Source: the human T2T-CHM13v2.0 reference genome, Homo sapiens. From it: a stretch of DNA of 64,000 bases. The notes below the pieces were generated by a model. That model made no database searches and had not been told where the DNA came from. It saw nothing but the letters and a program-made list of their open reading frames with translations. The DNA lies in contig CP086569.2 of NCBI GenBank assembly GCA_009914755.4, positions 18,368,001 to 18,432,000 on the forward strand, read 5' to 3'. This document shows positions 57,671-64,000 of the stretch, in pieces (position 1 is the stretch's first letter; each line of letters begins with the position of its first letter). A program made the translations under genes and the position numbers.

Positions 57671-59269
57671 CGCCCGCCTCCCTCAACCTCGGATTGGGCT
57701 CCCAGAATAAGCAACAGCTTTACTTCCACACAGGTGTACCCACCTGTGAGTCCCTTGGAGCTGAACGTCTGCTGGGGAGCTCAGGTGGCCTTGCTGTGGT
57801 CCTTTCCACGTTGGGGAAAGCTGGTCAGCTGGAGAACTTCCTCCCTCGTCTTTACTAAGATTAAATCCCTAGCTGACATGAAACTGAATTTTCCTCCCAT
57901 GTGGGAGGGGAAGCCTCTTATTTCGGTATTCACAGAGTGCCTTGCACCTATCCTAGACTGATGACATATTTTTGTACTTGATGAGTCTTTTCATCTATTG
58001 GGAGATCTGTGGTAGGAAAGGCCTTCCATATGTAAACACAACAAGACTTAATGGTAAGTTTTACTTTGGAGCAGTTCAAACCCTCAGTAAGTTATGGGTG
58101 TTAGAGATATTAGGCATTTGATTTAGCATGAGTCTTCTTTAGAGTAGGATTAGCCCTTTCACCTTTCCAGAGGACTGCGGTCTTTACGCAGAGTGAAAGT
58201 AATACTGGATTCCTAAAGCTGAGGATAGGTGTTGGGATACACTGAAAATGGACCATTGTCACTTTGCAGGCTTTTAGATTACTCAGACTGATAAGTTATT
58301 TCTTCTGGCAACGATCTAACCAGTGAAGGTATCAGTAAGAGTTAGCAAATATTTGAATCTCCTGCAGAAAGACATCTGAGTAAATTAGAGTTGCCAGTTC
58401 TCACCTGGATAGATTCATCAATATTGGACACGTTTAACTGGAGAAGGAGAAAATTGCTGGCCTTTGGGACATGTCAGGCGCAGAGCTCACAGGGGTGAGC
58501 CACCTGTTTTATTGTCTTGAAAAGATTTACCCCTATAAACAAATGAGATATTAACAGAAACAAAGAATCTCTTCTAGGATGAAAATAATCATAAAGTGCT
58601 GAATTATATTCCTATGATTGGTACTTGGCATTAGTAATTTATTACCATCGTTCAGCGGGCCAGAGGGGTCCTGGACTGAACTGCAATCCCTGGCCCAATT
58701 TTGTACTTCTTCAGAGTATTCTGACCCTATGTTCTGTGAATGCTAATCAGCACACCCATAGCTTAATTGGCCTTTTCAGTCCAGGGGCCTTGACTGCAGC
58801 ATCTACCAGGGCATTTCCTTTTACATGGTCCGTCTCTGTTTTGATGACCTCTGCAATTAATTATAGTCAGTTTTGGCAGCAAAACAGCATTCTAAGAAGC
58901 TAAAAATCTGAATGATGTTCTATGGAAAAGCCCTTGGGAGCCAGGGGTAGTTACCCATTCCAAATTGCAGCGTAAGAATGAAGCACTAAAAAATCATAGT
59001 TGGAATCAGTGTAAGTGTTAACGTTTAAATGCTTTACCAACTGCAGGGGCCTAGTAAGTTCAATTAACTCAGCTTTCTGAGCTGAGGTAGAGGCCAGCAA
59101 TGCTTGTGCCTTGATTCTCTTGTGCTAATAAGTATATCTAGCTCTTCTGTTTTCCCTGATGCAAAAAAGAACTTGCGTCTGTTAACCACTCTTCCTTGGG
59201 ATGGTCAAGGGGCAAGGGGCTCATCTCTTGTAAGTCTGGCCTCCTAGAATAAATTTGTTTTATAACCTG

Positions 59270-59436
59270 TGACATGATTTTGCTGTGTCCCCAGTCAAAT
59301 CTTATCTTGAATTGTAGCTCCCATAATTCCCATATATCATGGCAGTGACCCAGGGGGAGGTAATTGAATTGGGGGATGAGTCTTTCCCATGCTGTTCTCG
59401 TGACAGTGAATAAGCCTCATGAGATCTAATGGTTTG

Positions 59437-59467
<31 letters not shown>

Positions 59468-59944
59468 TTATTTTTGAGACATAGTCTTTCTCTGCTGCCC
59501 AGGCTAGAACGCAATAGCATGATCTCAGCTCCCTGCAACTTCTGACTTCCAAGTTCCAGCTATTCTCCTGTCTCAGCCTCCTGAGTAGCTGAGATTACAG
59601 GTGCCCACCACCATGCCTGGCTAATTTTTGTAGTTTTAGTACAGATGGGATTTCACCATGTTTGCCAGGCTGGTCTCAAACTCCTGACCTCAGGTGATCC
59701 ACCACCTTGGCCTCCCAAAATGATGGGATTACAGCTGGTGGCTTTATAAAAGGGAGTTTCCCTACACAATCTCTTTTGCCTGCTGCCATGTAAGAGATGT
59801 GACTTTGCTCCTCATTTGCCTTCTGCCGTGAGTGTGAGGCCTCCACAATCATGTAGAACTGTGAGTCAATTAAACCTCTTTTCTTTATAAATTACCCAGC
59901 CTCAGATATGTGTTTATTAGTAGCATGAGAATAGACTGATACAA
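59270..59944 (+). mobile_element. THE1/MST-type MaLR solo LTR (interrupted by an Alu) inserted within ERV-2 pol
   Basis: It begins 'tgacatgattttgctgtgtccccagtcaaatcttatcttgaattgtagctcccataattccc...gtaattgaattggggg', against THE1 'TGATATGGTTTGGCTGTGTCCCCACCCAAATCTCATCTTGAATTGTAGCTCCCATAATTCCC' recalled from memory. It resumes after the Alu as 'ggctttataaaagggagtttccc...ttgcctgctgccatgtaagagatgtgactttgctcc...aattacccagcctcagatatgtgtttattagtagcatgagaatagactgatacaa'. Confidence 0.8.
59445..59736 (-). mobile_element. Alu, minus, nested in the THE1 LTR, with TSD (~'ctaatggttt'/'ctggtggcttt')
   Basis: A (TTTA)n/T-tail is followed by 'gagacatagtctttctctgctgcccaggctagaacgcaatagcatgatctcagctccctgcaac...cctcccaaaatgatgggattacag'. 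The THE1 sequence 'gatctgatggtttt' is duplicated on either side. Confidence 0.85.
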
Positions 59945-62900
59945 CCTGTATGCCAGAAAGGCTGGGAGCACCTGTGGACTCTGGCAGATAAGTAGCTGTG
60001 TTTATGGTTTGACAGGCTTTAAGAGTTATGTCTGGAGTGTCTAGCAATTAGGCCTGATACCTTCATAAATATTCTCCTATTATCCACTGGTGCCATTTAG
60101 CTTCTAGGAAGACCTTCCCTTGATGTGGGGTCAAAAACCTGTAGGTGCTGTCCTAATGTTAGTTTATTAGTTTTACCTACTAGAAAAGTTGTAGCAGCAA
60201 TAGCTCTAAGACATTAAGACCACCCTGAGGCCACCTGGTCTATCTGCTTAGAAAATTAGGTTACTGGCCTTGGAATATTCCCCAGTTTTGTGACAAGATT
60301 ACCGAAGGCCTATGCCTTGCTTTTTGGCCACATAAAGCACAAATGGTTGATCCAACCTGGGGACTCCCACAACTGCAGCAGAGCCCAATTTCTCCTTAAA
60401 AGTATTGAAGTTTTGCTTGTAGCTCTAATTACATTCTAGGAGCTCTAAATCTTTCTCTTTAGTGTATCATATAAGGGTTGGCTACATGTCCAAATCTGGG
60501 TACCCATAAGTAGCAGTACCCAGCCATCTCCTAAAACAGCCCAACAGTCATTTCTTGGACTGGGACCCTCACATGACTAAAATAACTTTTTATCTTCTAG
60601 GGATGTTGATCAGTTCCAAAGGTTAAGACAGATTCCAAATATTTAAGTCTTTCAGTCAAAATCTGAGCCCTGTATGGTGATATCTTATATTTGCAAATTC
60701 CCAGGAAATTTACCAATTTAACAGTTTTATTATTTGAGTCTTCTTTAGTTGGACTAGCAATGAGCAAGTCACCTGCATACTGAATAATTGTGTCCTTTGC
60801 AATCGTAGATTTCTTAAGTCCTTAGCTAGAGCATTTTCTAATAAGTGGGGGCTATCCCAGAACCCTTCAGAGATGCCTGTCCAGGTTAATTTTGAGGCTG
60901 AATGCATATACAGATCAGTCCATTCTAAGGCAAACATATTGTGAAACTGGATGCACTGAAATGCAGAAAAATTCATCTTTCAGGTTTAAGAATGTAAACC
61001 ACTTTGCATCCCCTGGGACTTGGGTAAGTATTGGGGACAATGAGGTGTATGGAGACAACTGCGTTTATTAATGCTGTAAGGTTTCTGACAAATCTGTATT
61101 TTCCATCAGGCTTTTCATCTGGTAACATGCAAGTATTGTAAGGAGACTCTCATGGCCTTAATAACTCATATGACAATAATATGGCGATAAGGGTTTGAAT
61201 TTCCCCTCATGCTTCTCGCCTTAAAATGTATTGTCTCTTCTGAGGGTGAGGAGCACTAGGCTGAAGTTGGATTTGAATGTGGGAGGTGTTTAGTGCATTT
61301 CCCAGAGCTTGTGTGGCCCAAACCTTAGGATTTACTTGAGACAACAGCTCAGGTGGTAAATGTGACAGCTCATTCTTAACTTCTTTTTCCCCTGAGGGGT
61401 CAGGAACAAAAGTAACACTTTCTCTGCTTTATGATCTGTGAAGGTGACCATGACATAGTCTCCTGATTCAATAAACCTCTCCCCAGTAAGAGGTCAGGCA
61501 TTCAGACAGTACTAAAAAGGCAGGTGAGAAACACAGAATCCCTGGAGGACAACTTAGAAGATAAGAAAAGCAGTGTTTTTGGGCTTGTCCATCGTGAGAA
61601 GACAGGAGCCAATTGTATTTACTCAGGACGGAGTCATCTGTTCCCATACTTAATAAGAAGTTAATAATCCTACCTTCCACTTCAAGAGTCGGCTGAGGCT
61701 CTTCCATCTCTCGATAGGTAATAGTCCAATGAGAGCAGATGCAGGAAGTATCAGGCCCTACCACTTTTGGATCTGCTGGGTGCTGATGATGGCTCCCTTG
61801 GAAGCACAGTGTATTTCCTTCGGCAGTGGCTGACCTTCTTACAGAAGTCACATTGATTTATATCCAAGGCATAGTGGGCCAGAGGCACAGACTGGGACTT
61901 TTACCTTCTCACTTCCTCTGTGACGGCCAGGGGTTAAGGGGGCTGCCTCTGAAGGGGTGGAGAGCACAAGGCTGTAGCTAGAAGCTGGCCTCTTGGGAGG
62001 TTTGCTTTATTTTGTTTCCTCTGCCCTATTCCTGTGATGGAAAACTGCAAAAGCCAAGTCTAACAGCTGACCCATGGGAGTCTGGGTCCCTAAGCACTCC
62101 CTAAGGCTGCTTTCAGCGGCTTCCTGCAGATATCAGAAGCAGACTGGGCTATAAAATAAACTCCTAGCAATGTCGCAATGCCTGTCCCTTCTTGGAGTCG
62201 GGCAGTGTTAGTGTATTTCCTCAAGGTCTAAGTTATCCACCCTTGTAATAAAGCTAGGTATTCATCTTCTCCCTGAGCAATTTTCCAGATTTATAAAAAT
62301 TAAAAAGTTACATCATGCATTTTTTTATTCCTTCAAGGAGTCAAATGATCATAATTTTTTCTCTGTATATCCCACTTTCTTCCTAATTGATTTCCCTTTT
62401 CTAGATCCTAATTCTCTTTTGGTTCCTGCTCAGGCACTGTTGTGCCTCCTACTTGATAGTTGCCATGTCTCTGGTTGCAGGCTGCCGCCCTATTAGCATG
62501 TGCTCTAGTCACTCCCATAATACGCTGCTTTTCTATCATGTGTCAGGTAAACATAAATGTATGCAAATCTTGCCTGGTCAGATCATACTTCAAGGTTAGC
62601 CTCTTAAATTTGTCTATGAATTTTCCTGGAACCTCTGAAAGCTGTTTCAGTTTTTCCTTGCATGTGGCTGATTCAGACATAGAAAAGGGTACATATAGCT
62701 ATATAGTGTCCCTATTATCATTTGCCACTTCCCAGAGAGGGCAAAGATTCAACTTTGCCAGCTGATAAGAGACCCCAGGGCATGTTGTTCTGGTGAAGCT
62801 CGGGTGTTTTCAGGTATCTATGTAAGATAGGACTCGAAGGGCAGGGCAAAGATGATGTCTGGACACGAGATTACCCTGGAAAACTAGAAGGAATTAATAA

Positions 62901-64000
62901 CATGTTGCACACCTCACCAGAACTGGAAGGAGCCTGACTGCGTTCTTATGGGGTGCTTGGACTGGCAGTGCAGAGTTCAGCCTCAGCTAAGAAAAGCCTG
63001 ATATTAAGAGGCACTTGCATTGAAAAGGTAATCAATTATGTGCCGTCCCTATTTTGTCTTTTCTTCCATCAAACATATACAAGCTGATTTTAATTTTTTA
63101 ATCCTGACCAAGCATCAGAGATGCCTGTGTATAATGTATTTCCTCCCCTTCACTTTCTCTTCTATAAAACAAATTAAGCTGCAAAAGAATGAGTCAGACC
63201 AAACAGGGGAAATGGGAAGGCTGTAACTTGTATATTGAAATGTATTAGTCCGTTTTCACACTGCTATGACAAAACTGACACACTTTCAGGGAAAAAATGA
63301 CATGCTGGGTTTAGAAAGTAGGGTCCAGCTGCCCTATACCAGCTCTTCAAAGATGATCTTATGCTTAAGAAATAAGAGAAAACTCTTAAGCAAACGTCTC
63401 ATGTTCTCCATATTGATGCTAATTGTTTGCAGAGGGTTGTCATAAAAGAGGTTGTCACTAAACAGGCATATCTGATCTTATCATGTAAGACTGTTAAATG
63501 CCACATTTCAACTTCTAGTCATAATGATGGAGAGGTTACTGCTGATCTTTTCTGATAATTAAGGTAAAAAATACTAGGTTCCAAGACACCTCTTTTCTTC
63601 AGTGTCACTTGGACCAGTGGCAAATTAAATAAGCAATCAGCTAAAAGTCAGAGGATTATTGAGGAAAGTAAAAGCTAAACTGTTTTGGTCCTCTTTCATG
63701 GGGCAGCCTACAGACTACTACAAAACAGAGGCAGTGAGCCGAAAGGTGACAAGATGCAGAGCACTCAGGTGAGGGACAGAGAGCACCAGGTGGACAGTCC
63801 AAAAAGAGAAAGTGGCAAACATCTTGTTTAGCCAAGTCCATTCCTCTCAACATACCCCAGAGCCTCTAACCTTGTGAGCTTGGCGTTTAATCTGAGTATG
63901 ACACCCCCAGGTCTCTAACTTTTTGGGCTAAGTCTCTCCCCCTAACATTATGCACTAGGGCCTCTCACTTTAGTAGTAGTGGATAATCATTCTTGCCTGC

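Larger units (their letters stand above)
57800..64000 (-). mobile_element. ERV-2: class I (gamma-like) ERV internal region (protease-RT-RNase H-integrase), 3' part absent, 5' part continues beyond window
   Basis: ORF 61468-61851(-) reads 'LEVEGRIINFLLSMGTDDSVLS', a protease-like motif. ORF 60710-60976(-) reads 'LTWTGISEGFWDSPHLLENALAKDL' against the RT '[25 protein letters not shown]'. The reverse complement of 60740-60790 gives 'IIQYAGDLLIAS' (YXDD box). The reverse complement of 58782-58826 gives 'HVKGNALVDAAVKAP' (RNase H C-terminal motif). Confidence 0.6.

Overview
This window is primate (almost certainly human) nuclear DNA with the look of a subtelomeric or pericentromeric duplicon. I see no bacterial gene system and no intact protein-coding gene. 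I identify four things worth calling out:

- **Degenerate telomere-like array (~4950-8110):** about 3.2 kb of diverged (TTAGGG)n on the + strand, i.e. an interstitial telomeric sequence.
- **Beta-tubulin pseudogene (55369-57574, minus strand):** TUBB8-like, keeping the canonical 4-exon layout, an upstream TATA box and GT/AG splice sites, but disabled by in-frame stops and small indels.
- **Two gammaretrovirus-like (class I) endogenous retrovirus remnants on the minus strand:**
  - ERV-1 (~15200-24340) has gag, protease, pol and the transmembrane part of env, with a mutated RT active site and most of env-SU lost.
  - ERV-2 (~57800-64000+) is a pol fragment cut off abruptly at the tubulin promoter and itself interrupted by a THE1/MST solo LTR carrying an Alu.
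- **A betaretrovirus-like (class II, HERV-K-type) RT fragment at 14321-15187.**

The rest is typical primate repeat cover: about 13 Alus, six L1 pieces (one with an ORF1-to-ORF2 internal deletion, two with Alu insertions that have recognisable target-site duplications), a MIR fragment and several microsatellites. All coordinates are approximate (±10-30 bp), read by eye without alignment tools.
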